Shown: in pieces, positions 38,425 to 51,190 of the stretch
Layout of the letters: every line of letters begins with the position of its first letter
Position numbering within the stretch: the first letter of the stretch is position 1
NCBI RefSeq assembly: GCF_009834535.1
Contig: NC_045713.1
Location: 22,754,001 to 22,818,000, forward strand
DNA length: 64,000 bases
Direction of reading: 5' to 3'
Origin: Camelus ferus
Taxonomy: Eukaryota
The notes under the pieces: model-generated
What the model saw: the letters and a program-made list of their open reading frames with translations, nothing else
What the model was told of the DNA's origin: nothing
Database searches by the model: none
Made by a program: the position numbers and the translations under genes

Positions 38425-40051
38425 GCTGTCCTCGTAGGTGGTGGTGACAAGGGCACCTGTCCCAGGTAAGATCCTACACTAGCAAATTTCACTATGGTGA
38501 TCACATGACAAGCCCTTGGGAAATCACTCTTCACCATCACAGTGCCTCTGCCTGTCTCTTTTGGAGACCCAGCGCCTACAAGGCAGCTGGCCCAGGTGGG
38601 CTGCAAAGTGCCTGGGGTGGGCAGCTTGGACTCATTGCTTCCCAGGCCACGAACGCGGATGACTTTCCTGAGCCTGGTGCACCTGGATGCTGAAGGAATC
38701 TTACACTTCACACTGCACTTGGAAGCAAAGAGTTTGCCTCTCAGGCTGAGGAGAAGATGGGCAGATGTGTGTTTGGCTGTTTTTCCTGCCTCTTGGAGCC
38801 CAGCCAGGACTGGCTGGTGTGGTGCAACTTCTCATGGGTGAGCCAGTGGAGGAAAGAGAGCCAGGGCTGCTCGGTACAAAACTCAGCATGTGAGCCAGGA
38901 AGGAAGACAAAGTGGGTATTTGATTCAAATCTCATCTCCATGCTGACGCTGATGGATTGTAGGCAATGCTGGAAGTGCTGCGTGTACACGGATTCTGAAA
39001 CCACGCCCAGGCTCATTAAGAAAGGATATCTTGATCCATTAAGAATGCCTGTCAAGGGCGCAGGGAAGAGTATGGGAGCACTTGTGCCATTCCTGCTTTG
39101 AAATGTGCATGAACTACCCTTTGAGAGGCCTCTGGCAAACAGCTGTTCCTGGGAACAAGGAAGGAGCAATCTTCGGGCTGAGTGGGCTCCCTGGACAGGG
39201 ATATTCTCAAGGTCCTGAAGGACAAATGGAAGGTGAGAATCATTGTTCTTCAGGGACTGTAAGTAGCTTGTGGGTCAGAAGACCCTCTTCTGGTTCTTTG
39301 CTTTTGAATTTTCTCTGAGAATTGATCGTATAGGGCAGATACAACCTGTCATCTACCATAGTCAATGAAATTGGTCACACAGTGTCACAGAGTTCTAAAC
39401 TCAGCAAGAGCCTTCACGTCTGTGGCCCTCCGTAGGGGAGTCCTTAAAACATTTTACAAAGCATGATTTGGAGGGGGGATTGACGCACATATTCCCATTG
39501 TCAGAGTTCAGAGTCCTCTATGGCTTGGGGTTCTACGATGAGGGTATAGTCACCTTTCGTTCTGGAGTCATTCTAGAAGCACCAATAGCAGGGGTCCAAA
39601 CGTGATGTCCACGCCACCAGATGCTCTTGGCAGACATCACTAGTTCATCAGGACACACCTGGTCTCTGCTGATCTGTGATCACCACTCTTTCCCAAGTCT
39701 GGCCCCAGATGCCCCTAGAGGAAGCCTTGCTTGGCTAATCCTGTAAAGCATGTTTTCATCCCTGCTTATAACACAGTAGCGTTGCTTTAGATTTCCACAG
39801 CTCCTTCAGATCTACTTGTCTCCGGTTTCCATACCTTTCAGATCTCATCTTGTAGACCGACAGGTTCCTGTCTGTGTGGCCGTCTTGGCTGTCAGGCTCC
39901 ATGGTTTGGAGTGTGAAATACAGTGCCCCTCACTACTTCTGAATATGCCAATTTGTCTTTCCTAATGCTCCAGGCAGGATCAGTTCTGAAATTTACCCTC
40001 AGATCTGTTGATAAAGCACAAGCCTATTGAGTGAATACAAATACGGATGAA

Positions 40052-40605
40052 TGTATTAGTTATCCAGCGCCATGTAACAAATTACCCCAAAATGTTGTGG
40101 CTGAAAACAACACGCATTTATCATCTCACGGCTTCTGTGGGTCAGGAGCTGTGCAGTGGCTTCACAGGGGCTCTACTTCAAGATCTCTCACAGACTGCAG
40201 TCAAGATGCTAGCCAGGGCTGCAGTCATATTGAAGCTTCACTGGGCAGGAGCCATTTCTAGACTCACACTGGATGCTGGTTGGGTGAGAGCCTCAGGTCT
40301 TTGCTGGCTGTTGGCTGGAGACATTAATTCCTTGACACAGGGACCCCTCCAGAGGGCAACTCACAGGGTACCTAGATGAATGAACGTCTATGCACATGAT
40401 CTACCAGCTTCCGATGTGCCCCTAAGACAGAAGCTGCAGTGTTTTGTAACCTAACCTTGGAAGTCACATTTCATCGCCTCTGCTTTATTCCTTTCATTAG
40501 AAGCAAATCAGTAAGTCCAGCCTACACTTAAGTGGAGGGGGTTCTATGAGGGTGTGAATACCAGGAGGCAGAGATAATTGGGGACCATCTTGGGGGTTGC
40601 CTACA
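40052..40605 (-). mobile_element. MLT1F-like solo LTR
   Basis: tgtattagttatcc...gtaacaaattaccccaaaa, gggtgtgaataccaggaggc...ggggaccatcttgggggttgcctaca. Confidence 0.9.
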
Positions 40606-40629
40606 ATACTTAGAGTAAATGATGATGTG

Positions 40630-41155
40630 CTTAGTAATAATAACAATACTATAAATAGTAAGTACATACCAAATGCTGGGTACCATGATCAGGGACTTAG
40701 ATGGATTTTAAAATTTATTCCTCATTATAACTCAAGGAGGGAAGTACCTTTCTCTCCATTTCACAGATGGAGAAATCAAGGCTTACAGAGGTTAGGTAAC
40801 TTGCTTATGCTGTCTGACTGTGAAGTCCAGGTTTTTAACCATGAGGCTCCATTATCCTTGAATGATTTTAATGAGTTTCCTTAAACACTGTCAAGAACTT
40901 TAGAAGTGAGTGTGCACCCTTTGTGGGTACACAAGGATGTACATAGGTTAGGGACCCAGGTAGAATTTGTGTTCAGGTTCCTTCTCTGCTCCTTACCACT
41001 GTGACCTGAGGGATGTTATTATCCTCTCTGATCTAATTTTCTCCATCTGAAAAATGGAGATGATCATAGTTCTTATGTCATAGGATTAGTGTGAGACTTG
41101 AAAGAGGCAGCACATGCAGAGTACCCAGCTCCTCGCAGGAATTCAGTATGAGCTA
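40630..41155. mobile_element. Two MIRs (minus ~40630-40850, plus ~40940-41155)
   Basis: ccatttcacagatggagaaatcaaggcttacagaggttagg; taattttctccatctgaaaaatggagatgat. Confidence 0.8.
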
Positions 41156-42029
41156 GTTTCCCTTCTCCCTGTTTCCCAATAATTTATTCTAATTTTACCA
41201 ATTCTTTTGCCTCTCCTGAAGCTCTTCCTCTAAGAAACTGCTTTTTCCGGTCAATCTTTAAAGTAATAACACTTGAAACCCTATAAAAATGCCCTGCAAC
41301 TCAGACTGCCTCCCGGCGAGGAGGTCTCAGTGACAGAAACTTGACTGCAGGGCTGTCAAAGTGGTGGAGGCTAACTTTTGAGCTCCATCCAGGGTCCTCT
41401 TACTTCCTGAAACTGCCCATGACGGAGAGAGACCATTTGGAGGGAGGGACAAGGTGGACTCCATGAAGCTTCTTGTTCTCCATCTGACCTCCAGTGTGGA
41501 TGTGTTGTCCTCTGAGCAAGGAGAGTGGAGCCACGGGTCCCAAGGAGAGCCTGCCTTCCTGGCAGACATCAGTGCTCAACACCATCACTGTTTGGGGTGA
41601 ACAGTGGACTCCCTGGCATGGGCAGGCGAGGAAGCTGGAGGAAAGAAGGTTTGGGCAGATGGCAGCAGGTGCATGGAATGCCCAACTGCAGTTATCTGTC
41701 AGGTCTTCTTGATTTGGAGGAAACGATGCTCTGCTCAGGGAGGTACCTGGAATGACTCTTTCTTCCCCAGTCAACTTGACCAGCCTGTCAGTGTTCTCTC
41801 TCTCTCTGAGAGTGTGAGTTCACTTCTGGTTTTACTTGGATCACTCCCAGGAGATAGAGAGGACATTGGTCAGGACTAAATGTTCTTCTCCTTTCTGAGC
41901 ATGAAGCAAGCCCTGGTAAGACTAAGGCAATTTTTGTTTCTCTTAACAAGTTTTTCTTTAATGGCTTCCAGGATAATGGCTTCCAGGAACTTAAGAATAA
42001 AATCCAAGACTCCTTTACTTGGCTTAATA

Positions 42030-42505
42030 AACCCAGCAAAGTCAGAACCCCCTTGATCTTGTCAGCCTTGTTGCAGACCTCTTTCTCTTTATCCTTAAGC
42101 ACTCTTGCCTCAGTGGAGATTCAGGTCACCAAATGCCTCCAGGCCTTTGCACTAGCTTATTCTTCTTCTCAGAGTGCTTTCCTCCAACTTCTCCCTGTCC
42201 TTTCATTGTTAGAATTCCTAGTCATCATTCAGGGCTCAGCTTTGGTGTCACTTCCTCAGGGAAGCCTTCCTGGAGTTCCTCAGTTAGGTCAGGCTGCACC
42301 TCACGTGGTGTCAAAGCTCCCTGTTTTCTCCCCTGAAGCCCACTGCAACTGTAAGTACAGCTGTGATTATCTGTCTTGTGTCCAGTTGCCCCCTCTGGAC
42401 TGAAGGCTCCCTGAGGGTGGGGATAAGGACCATCTTGTTCTGTACGGGTTCCTGAATTTCTAGCATCAGGGCTTGGGGAGGAGAAGATGCTCATTTGTTT
42501 ATTTT
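42030..42505 (+). mobile_element. L2 3' region
   Basis: ccaggcctttgcactagc, cacttcctcagggaagccttcc, ggactgaaggctccctgagggtggggataagg. Confidence 0.8.
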
Positions 42506-42946
42506 TTTAATGATGAGGGAATGATGTGGATAAACAGAGAGAAGGGAGCCAAAGACTATATGAGAGTCATAGATCTTGCAGGACCTGGCAGCATGGATCA
42601 GTTCTAGGTCACTCTGGATTATTGGGGGGAACCCAAGGATGATGTGGACTTGGGCCCTTTTCTCTTTCCTAGAAACTCAGGTCTGGAGGGGCTGGGCCTG
42701 GTCACTGTCCTGGGAGGTCCAGAAGCTGTATTCCTAGGAAGTGGAGGTATTAAAGCCTTAATATCCCTGGGATTCTCTTGTGTGCTTGAGACAATGGCAT
42801 GTGGAGTCTAAAGAGCAAGACAGGGATAACTGTTATGTCTTCCAACATACCAGAACTCATGTCTACCTTGTGAGCAAGGGAAGCTTTATCACACTTCTCC
42901 TTGTTCTCAGTGAGCTATGCCTTCGATATGCATTATCTCCTTGAAA

Positions 42947-43228
42947 TGATAATAGTGTTGGTGACGATAATGGAAGATGTTGGCAGTGATAATGGGGAAT
43001 GGTGGGGATGATGTTGGTGATGGGGATGATGGAGGATAATGATGGTAGATGGTGATGATGATGGTGGTGATGATGGTGATGATGGATAATGTTGGTGATA
43101 GAATAACGGGATGATGGTGATGAAAAAGAAGGTGATGATGGTGATGGTGGTGGTGATGCTGACGATAATGTATAGTGTTGGTAATGATGAGGATGACGGA
43201 GAATGATGTGGTGAGGCTGATGGTGATG
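42947..43228. repeat. Degenerate (GAT/GGT)n simple repeat (expanded MIR tail)
   Basis: gatgatgatggtggtgatgatggtgatgatgg..., immediately followed by a reverse MIR ~43229-43470. Confidence 0.9.
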
Positions 43229-43769
43229 TACTAGCTAAAACTCAAGTGCTGACTTATACACCAGTACTCCAGCCATGCACTTCAAACACAGTATCTCATT
43301 TAGTCCTTGCAAGGACATTTTCTAGTAGTTTCCATTTCCAGCATTATTTGCACTTCCATGAATGAGGACACCATAGTACAGAGGGGTCACCTACTTCTCC
43401 TGAAGTCACACTGTTAGTAAGTGGCAGAGGCAGGCCTGATCTCCAGCTTTGACTGACACCGGAGCTCTGTGGGCAGAAGAGGGAGAAGGTTGGGGCCCTT
43501 CTGCATTATGGGAGTCCTGGGCCACTGATAGCCTCATACAACTTTCTTTTCTGACCTCCCCTATCCTCTCACTTGACTGTGCTCAATTCTGCACTTAAGG
43601 TGAAGAGTCAAGGGACCACGTCATGAGATGAGAGTTGTTAGCTTCCTTGGGAGGGCGATAGAGGACAAGGAATTGGGCGTAAACATTCTCAATGCCAAGG
43701 GCTTTCCCCTGAGGGCTGGAATGAGACAGTGGCTTAAGTTCTAATACAGCCAGGTGGATAAAAAGCAGT

Positions 43770-43985
43770 TTTGAAACTAGACAGACTTGGGTTCAAATCC
43801 AACTTTTAGCCCTAACTGGCCATGTGACTTTAGGCAAGATAACGTCCTTGTCTTTCCTTGTCTGAGGACTCAATTTCCTTGTCTCGAAAATGGAGACAAT
43901 GCTGCCTACTTGTAGGGCTATCATGCCTGGAGTAAGTCCTCACCTATGAGCTGGTATTATTATGTTGCTATCATCATTATCTCAT
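43770..43985 (+). mobile_element. MIR
   Basis: agacagacttgggttcaaatcc...gtgactttaggcaag...ctcaatttccttgtctcgaaaatggag. Confidence 0.85.
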
Positions 43986-45090
43986 GAGCTCAGAGCCCAC
44001 CCAGAGGAGGGGCAGGCAACACCCTCTGAGCTCCATCATGTGCCAGATGTCTGACAATGACTGCACTTGGCTCTCAAGTCAGTCTTATAAGAGGGGTGAT
44101 CTTCCCGGGAAATAGATGGCTCTCTGAGGGGTCATGTAGTTATTTCAGGGCTGTGCAGCTAATGAGGTGCCAGAGCTGGGATATGGAACTCAGAGGGCTC
44201 CCACGCCGTCGTTTTCCCTCTACCAGACCCCGGCATTCCAGATAGCCGCCAACATTCTTGGCACTGTAAGTGCTGAATCCTAGGACATCTCAAAGCCCAG
44301 AGCATCTGGAAGGAGGTCAGCCCCTGGCCTGAGCTATTATTTCCAACTGCTGCCGATCTTGGTGCTGCCCAAGGCCGGGCTGACCTTGGCCACTGTCTCT
44401 CAGATTAGAAGTCCACGAGCTGCAGCCACTGGCCTGGCATGACCTTGTCCTTAGTTTCTCCAGGAGGCAGGGCTGAATGGGTCTAAGGCGATGGATTCCT
44501 ACTGCCCTTCTGTGATCACTCTGCTGGTATTGTCTAGTTCCGTTTGGTAACAGCTACTGATTACGTTCTGAGCCAGACACCACAACCCCACAAGGTGGGC
44601 AGTATCACCACCTCCTTTTACAGAACAGGGAACCGAGCTTAAGTGCTTTGTTCAAGGTCACCCAACTGGCAATGGCAGTGCCAGGGATTGAACCTGGGTT
44701 GCCCCTACTCTTAACCACAGTGCTCCTCTGTGTGTGTGTGAGGCCTCGGAGAGGCAGAGAGGAGAAGGGCCCTGGAAACGTCGCTATCCTGAGCTCTCTT
44801 CCAGGTAGGACTGCTTTGGGATGCTGAGTGCTTTTGAGAACAAAATTTCCAGCCTGTTGTGGTGCTGAGCTGAGGGCTGGGGGAGGTGAGTGTGGCCAGG
44901 TCTTACCGGGGCTCCTGTGGGCACTCCTGCCTGTGAGCCCAGAGCATTTGCTGCTCTTCAGCGAGCTCTGAAACTTCAAGGAGGCCTGACCAGCCAGATT
45001 CCAGACGGGAGCTGGGAGAGCAGAGTTCATGAGGTGGTGGCACCCCCTGCAGGCCACATGCTGGCAGTGCACCTGCCTCTGCAGTGCGAG

Positions 45091-45540
45091 TGTTTTATTT
45101 TTAATAAACTTTTTTTTTTTTAATTGAAGTATATACTGAAAGGCACCCAGTCTCAAGAGTACAGCTTGATGAATTATCACAGAGAGACTATGTGGGACAT
45201 CAGCACCCAGAGCCACAGCTCTCCCCAGCATTTACCCTCCCCGGCGCGGTCCCGCTTCTAAGGCTCTCAGTTAATTTCAGGTGTTTTCAACGTCCTATAA
45301 ATGCAGTTACACAGTATGCGTTCTTTTTATATTTGGCTTTTGCCCACAAGAAATGCATATATACATTCACCAAATGATGTGTACTAGAATGTTTATAGCA
45401 GCACTATTCATAGTGGCCCCGAATCAGCGACAGTGAGTGGGTAAAAACACTGTAGTATATTTATACAATGGAATTTTTACAGCAATGAAAATAGATCAGC
45501 AACTGCTCTGCCCAGCTACTCTAATGAATCCTCACTGAGC
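45091..45540 (-). mobile_element. L1ME with 5' inversion (minus ~45091-45343, plus ~45344-45540)
   Basis: Poly-T and reverse 3' end, then forward agaatgtttatagcagcactattcata...tacaatggaatttttacagcaatgaaaa. Confidence 0.75.
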
Positions 45541-45724
45541 TTCGCTTGGCATTTACATACCTCTCAGATGAGCCCTAGGAGCTGTCCTATCAGGCAGCCC
45601 TGAGCTTACCCTCGCGTGGGGGACGATGCCCCAGGTCATTCTCAAACTGCTACTGTGGGTGGCCAAAGCCAGTACGGGTGCCCAAACCCTGAGGACAGCT
45701 CTTGCCCTACACATATCCTGTAGC

Positions 45725-46085
45725 TTGGTTGTTCTCAAGCCTAGCTGCAAATTAGAATCTCTCAGGGAGCTCTAAAACACAAAAGGAGAGCACAAAACAA
45801 AAAACAAACAACCATGTCCAAGTCCCATAGTCAGAGATTCTGATGTGATTGGTCTAGAGAGGGACGTGATATAGGTATTCTTTTAAAGATTCCCTGCAAT
45901 TCTCATGTGTTGCCAGAGTTAAAAATTGTAAGTGTGGTCCCTAGACCATCGGCATCAGCATCACCTGGGAGCTGGTTGGCACTGCAAATTCCTAGGCTCC
46001 ATCCCAGACCTACTGACTCAGAGACTGTGGGTGTGAGGACTGCAGGTCTGTTTCAATACGCCTTCCATGGGGATACTACTGCCCA
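45725..46085. mobile_element. Adjacent MER5-family (hAT-Charlie) elements
   Basis: gagattctgatgtgattggtctag; aagtgtggtccctagaccatcggcatcagcatcacctgggagct...cagacctactgactcagagact. Confidence 0.85.
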
Positions 46086-46189
46086 GACCCTCTTTCAGTG
46101 GAGACCGAGGGTTTCAGGGAGGCTGTGTTTGATGAGGGGAAAGTGAAGATCACAGATAAGCATGCTTTCCAATTCTAATTAAAGCCTTT

Positions 46190-46555
46190 CATGCCCATTT
46201 ATTTAATGCCTATTCACTCAGTTCTTCCCACACACCAGACCCTATGCTACGTACTCAGTGTTGACTTCATGGAGTTTGCAGTCCAATGAGGGAAGAGGGG
46301 CTGTCATGTTAAGACACAACTGCAATGAAACCCAAGTACAGAATGCTAAATGTGCTTGGCAGGAGTGGGAAGCTCTAGGTAGGTCTTCTCTGAAGGATGT
46401 AATCTTAGCTGAAGATAAAGAGGATTTAACTGAGTAAAAGTGGAACAAAGAGCATTTTAAGCAGGGGGAGTACAGCAAGTGCAAAGGTCCTGTGGCCAGA
46501 GGGACACAACTATACTTTTTTTGTCTAATGGGTAAGCCATTTGGCCGAAATGACA
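46190..46555 (-). mobile_element. L2 fragment
   Basis: ttctctgaaggatgtaatcttagctgaag, cagcaagtgcaaaggtcctgtggc. Confidence 0.7.
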
Positions 46556-46824
46556 TTTAGCTTCTCTTACTAAACCATCAACCATCCAAGTGAGGTAGGA
46601 CTTGGCTCTTCACTTCTGACCTTCAAGCACTGACCCGTACAGGAGGAGAAACCTCTTGATTTTCTCCATATTCCCTGGGTTCCTATTCACTTCTTNNNNN
46701 NNNNNNNNNNNNNNNNNNNNNNNNNNNNNNNNNNNNNNNNNNNNNNNNNNNNNNNNNNNNNNNNNNNNNNNNNNNNNNNNNNNNNNNNNNNNNNNNNNNN
46801 NNNNNNNNNNNNNNNNNNNNNNNN

Positions 46825-46904
46825 GCTGCTGTCATGGTATAATAGCAGAGTTGAAAGCTATGACAGACTATATGGCCCTTTACAGGAGAAGGTGTGCTGA
46901 TTAC
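46825..46904. mobile_element. MER58 end (remainder probably under N run 46696-46824)
   Basis: gcagagttgaaagctatgacagactatatggccctttacaggagaaggtgtgctga. Confidence 0.7.
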
Positions 46905-46919
46905 TAGCCTAGATAATTT

Positions 46920-47067
46920 TTTTTTTTAAATTGAAGTATGGTCAATTACAATGTATCAATCTCCGGTGTCCCAGCACAATGTCCCAGTCATGCATATACA
47001 TACATATATTCATTTCCATATTTTTTTCCCCATCAAACATCACTGCAAGACTCTGAACACTTCCCTG
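46920..47067 (-). mobile_element. Short young L1 3' end (camelid-like) with perfect TSD
   Basis: TSD TAGCCTAGATAATTT at 46905-46919 and 47068-47082; ttaaattgaagtatggtcaattacaatg...gtcccagtcatgcatatacatacatatattc. Confidence 0.93.
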
Positions 47068-48477
47068 TAGCCTAGATAATTTCTGAAACTCAGATCCCCT
47101 TGGCCTAGCTTTCACTATCGTCCTGATCTTTTTCCTCAAGACAAACCCTCCTCTCTCTTTGCTTTTTCTCCTCCTGCAATAAGAACCATCTGAAATCTAA
47201 GGCATGATGACTTTGAACTAGAAAGAATTAACTTCAGCCTTGGAGCACCTACACACGAAAAATCCTTTTCTCTATCAGCCTAGCAAAACTTTGCAAAGTC
47301 CCCACTCCCACTGGCTTTTCCTAGTGCTGATTGATTTAACAGAATATTTTCCATGTACACTCAGGTTGGGCAAATGTAATAAGAGCTGAGAGTGATGACA
47401 ATACTGATCTGGGGAGACTGATGGACTAGCCCACGTTTCTCTTCGATGAGGCCAAGCCGGGTGTTGACATAGCAATACGTTTGCCTGCTCTGCTCATTAA
47501 AGTTTAATGTCTGAAAACGTCTTTGCCTCCCATCAGAGATCTTCTCGAATGCACGAGGTGGTCACACTAGAGACTGATTAAATCTTTTCTTTTTGCATCA
47601 GGGTTTGAGGGAATGTGTTTCTGCAATGGTGGCCAAAATGAGAAATTAATCACCCTGTCTCATTTGTGGCTGTTTCGAAAGAGACAGTGGGAGGGGAAAG
47701 ACGGGGGTGGGGGGGAAGGAAAGAAAACAGAGGACTTTTAGAAAGGCAGAGATAAACAGCCTTCTCATGGGGCTTTGCAAACTCTTGTGTGTGTGGTGAT
47801 TTACTTCATGACGGAGCACGAGATGGGGCCCCAATGCAGTGACAGTATATTTTGTTCTTAGTTATCCTTCGTTCTATGCCTTGGTGTCCTAAGGCACGGG
47901 TGTGAGTCCTTGTCAGGGCTCCAAAGGGAAGCTGAGTCTGGACTCTTAATATGCTGTCTTCCCAAACGATTCTGTGCCGTCTCGTTGGTGGACTGTCAAT
48001 ATCTTGTTCCCCAAATCCAGACATTTGGATTCCAGTCTTGGCACTATAATCTGTGGGCTGTGTGACCCAGAGCAGACACTTGACCTGTGTGTCAAAGGAG
48101 AATTGTCAGACCCTGACCTGCCTGTGTTGGGAAGAGCACAAGAGAACTGAGGGTTAGATGTTTCATTGCTTTCTTTCCACATGCACAGAATTTGGCAATG
48201 ATGAATTACTCCAGGGGCATTGATGGATCTTGGGTAGGTGCCCAAGGTCTGACTCTGAGGGTAGGGAAGTAGTGGACGAGGGGGTCTTTGCCATGTACTC
48301 TCTCCCTCAACTCCCCTAAGGGCTCTTGGAGACAGTGTGCTCCTGGGGCCTGTGGGCCAATAGCAGAGGAGCCACATCCACCTGGCAGCTGGTGGGTGTG
48401 TGTGGATTGGTGTTATGGGGTTAGTGAATAGTAGATATGGTTGGGAAAGGACCAAGATGAAATTTGGATTCAGATAC

Positions 48478-48830
48478 TGTTTTAGTCTGTTGGGATTGCT
48501 CTAACAAAAATACCATAGACTGGGTGGCTTATAAACAAGAGAAACTTACTTCTCATAGTTCTGGAGGCTGGAAATCTGAGACCAAGGTGTTTGACAGCTT
48601 TGGTGTCCAAAGAGGGTCTGTTTCCTGGTTTGTAGGCAGTGGTCTTCTCACTGTGTCCTCCCATGGTAGGAGGGGTGAGGAGCTCTCTGGGCCTCTTTTG
48701 CAAGGGCATTAATCCATTCTCATGACTTAATCACTTCCCAAAGGTCCTACCTCCTAAAAGTGTCACCTTTGGGGTTAAGGTTCCAACATATGAAGTTTGG
48801 AGGGGGGACACAAACATTCAGTTCATTGCA
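48478..48830 (-). mobile_element. MLT1A0-like solo LTR with 5-bp TSD
   Basis: TG...CA termini, TSD GATAC at 48473-48477 and 48831-48835. Confidence 0.95.
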
Positions 48831-50009
48831 GATACCCAATAGTTTTTGCTTGCTGGGCGTCTGGGGTGGACCAGTTAAGGGACCTCAGAGATGAAGATGG
48901 TGGATCAAGGTGACTGAAAGTCCCAGTAGCACGTATGATCCTAGATGGCCGCCTCCCCACCCCTTCTTCACTATTCTCCACACACACCGATCATCTCCTA
49001 GCTCCTCTTCATTGCCTTTGCTTGTTCTCTTTTCCCCGTCTTCCCGCATCTGGCTCCTTCTCACCACTTGGTCTGGTCTTGTGTCCCCGTCTCCGAGTGG
49101 CCTCCCTGTCTACAGCAGCCTCTCCAGTCACACTGCATTTCAGCAGCCTGTTTATTACCTTCATCTCACATATCACCATCGGTTATTATCTCATCTACTC
49201 CTTGGTTCACATGTGTCCGTCAGGAGGAACCGTATCTGTCTTGTTTACAGTGGTTGACCACCGGGCCAGCACAGAGCAAGCTCTCAGTAAGTGAGAGCGA
49301 ACCCTGAATGCTTTTGGGGGAAACGGTTCCTGCTTTGAACTCCCTGCATTGCCAGAGAGTTTGGCGGTCATTACATCTTTATTTGCAATCGGCTGCTCCA
49401 TCCCTGTGTTGCGATCCATTTCTAGTTAGAGTTCATTTTCAATTAAAAAGCGCATAAACCACAGCCAAAGTGCTAATACGTTTCTGCTCAGTAGAAAGAC
49501 CCAGATCATGGATTTTATCATTTGCCACCATTGATTTTCCATGAGTAATAATTACATTTTATACACAACATCTGCACTAAGTGATATTTATATCTGAAAT
49601 TATGTGGAATAACTTTTAATGTTAAAAGATTTTTTTTTTCAGGGAAGGGGAGGGTGAGTAAATTGAATTTTTTACTTTTGCCATCACTTTTTATCCAGNN
49701 NNNNNNNNNNNNNNNNNNNNNNNNNNNNNNNNNNNNNNNNNNNNNNNNNNNNNNNNNNNNNNNNNNNNNNNNNNNNNNNNNNNNNNNNNNNNNNNNNNNN
49801 NNNNNNNNNNNNNNNNNNNNNNNNNNNNNNNNNNNNNNNNNNNNNNTTACTTTGCTATTTATTATCTTTGAAATCCTCTGGGGGGTTTTCTCAGCTAACG
49901 CGGGATTTTCTCTCATCGTGCTGGGTACTGCTCTTTCTGCAAAGTTCTTGGCATATCGCCCTACTCCCTAACTTGGCATTCAAGGCCTTCTACAACTGAT
50001 GCACTTTTT

Positions 50010-50745
50010 ATGGATTCAGAAAATGCTTGTTGAAACTCGTCCATGCACTATGTGTTCCAGGTGCTTGAGAGAATTCAGTGGTTACTGAGACAGAGTTTTG
50101 CTCCCCTCCTGGAACTTCCAATATGGATGGGGAGACAGATAATAAAGAAGCACATTTAGGCAAGAGAGAGTTGACAGATTCTGATCATTGCCCCAAGAGA
50201 AAGAGGGTGATGAAACTGAAAATCAGGAGGAGGATGCTTTAGGTAGGTTGGCTTTGAGGAAAGCCTCTCTGAGGAGGTGGCATCTGAAATGATGCCTGAA
50301 AGATGAGGAGGAGCCTGCTGGAGGGAGAGGAGGAAAGAATACTCCTGGAAGAGGGGAAAGTTAGTGCAAAGGCTGGAAGGTGGGGGCACGCTGGCACTTT
50401 TGAGGAATAGAGAGGAGGACAGTGTAGCTGGAGTGAGTGAGCCTGGGGAAGAGCAGGCAGAGGCCAGATTCCAGAGCACACTGGAGGTCTTGTTAAGGGA
50501 TCTGAATTTTATTTGAGTGCAGCTTGGGGAAATTTAATTGATGGTGGTGGTGGGTTTGTTCACATTGCTTAATTTGTGTGTTAGAAGGTCACATTGGCTA
50601 CTGTGAGGATGATGAAGGACAGTGTTGGCACTGGGGAAACCACTGAGGAGGCTGTGTCCTTTGTTCAGGCAAGAGATGAAATGATGATACCTTGGACCAG
50701 GCTGCTGGCAGTGGGGATGGAGAGGGGTGGGCATATGTGAGAGAT
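50010..50745 (-). mobile_element. L2a fragment
   Basis: gaaagcctctctgaggaggtggcatctgaa, gtagctggagtgagtgag, caggcaagagatgaaatgatgataccttggaccagg. Confidence 0.85.
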
Positions 50746-51001
50746 GGACACTCATGTATCCAGCCTGATGTTCTCTTACTTCCCAGCAGAAACCTTCCGA
50801 CAAATGGTCCCAATGTACAATGCATGTTATTCTAACAGGATTGTAGTTTCTTGCCTCTGGGTCTCATGCTGCCCACTCACCGTGTTACTTATCACTCCCT
50901 CCCCACCTGCTGCCATCCCTATGTTCTTAGGCTTGGCTCCATGATCTCTCCTCTGTGAATCCTCTGACCACTGCGGGTCTGTTGACCTCTTCTTATCAGA
51001 A

Positions 51002-51190
51002 GTCAGTGGTTCTCAGTCTTGGAGTGTGTAAGTGGTTCCTGGGCAGCTGGATGAAATGCAGTTTCCAGAACCTCACCCTGCAGGGACTCTGGTTCACTGG
51101 GTCTTGGCTGGAACCCAGGGGTCTGACTTCTCACCAGCATCCGAGGTGATGCTGATGCTGATGCTCACCACCCTGTGTGGCTCTGATCTG
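51002..51190. mobile_element. MER5A
   Basis: cagtggttctcagtcttgg...ggaacccagggg...caccagcatccgaggtgatgctgatgctg. Confidence 0.8.

Noticed and set aside
41282-41307. TATAAAA plus Inr-like TCAGACT
   Set aside because: Spacing is about 21 nt instead of about 30, and there are no other promoter features.
41959-41988. Perfect 15-bp tandem duplication TAATGGCTTCCAGGA
   Set aside because: An ordinary slippage duplication with no evidence of function.
44605-45231. Longest ORF (208 aa, minus strand)
   Set aside because: Runs through an L1ME tail, a poly-A tract and a MIR, starts at a non-ATG codon and shows no domain-like sequence.
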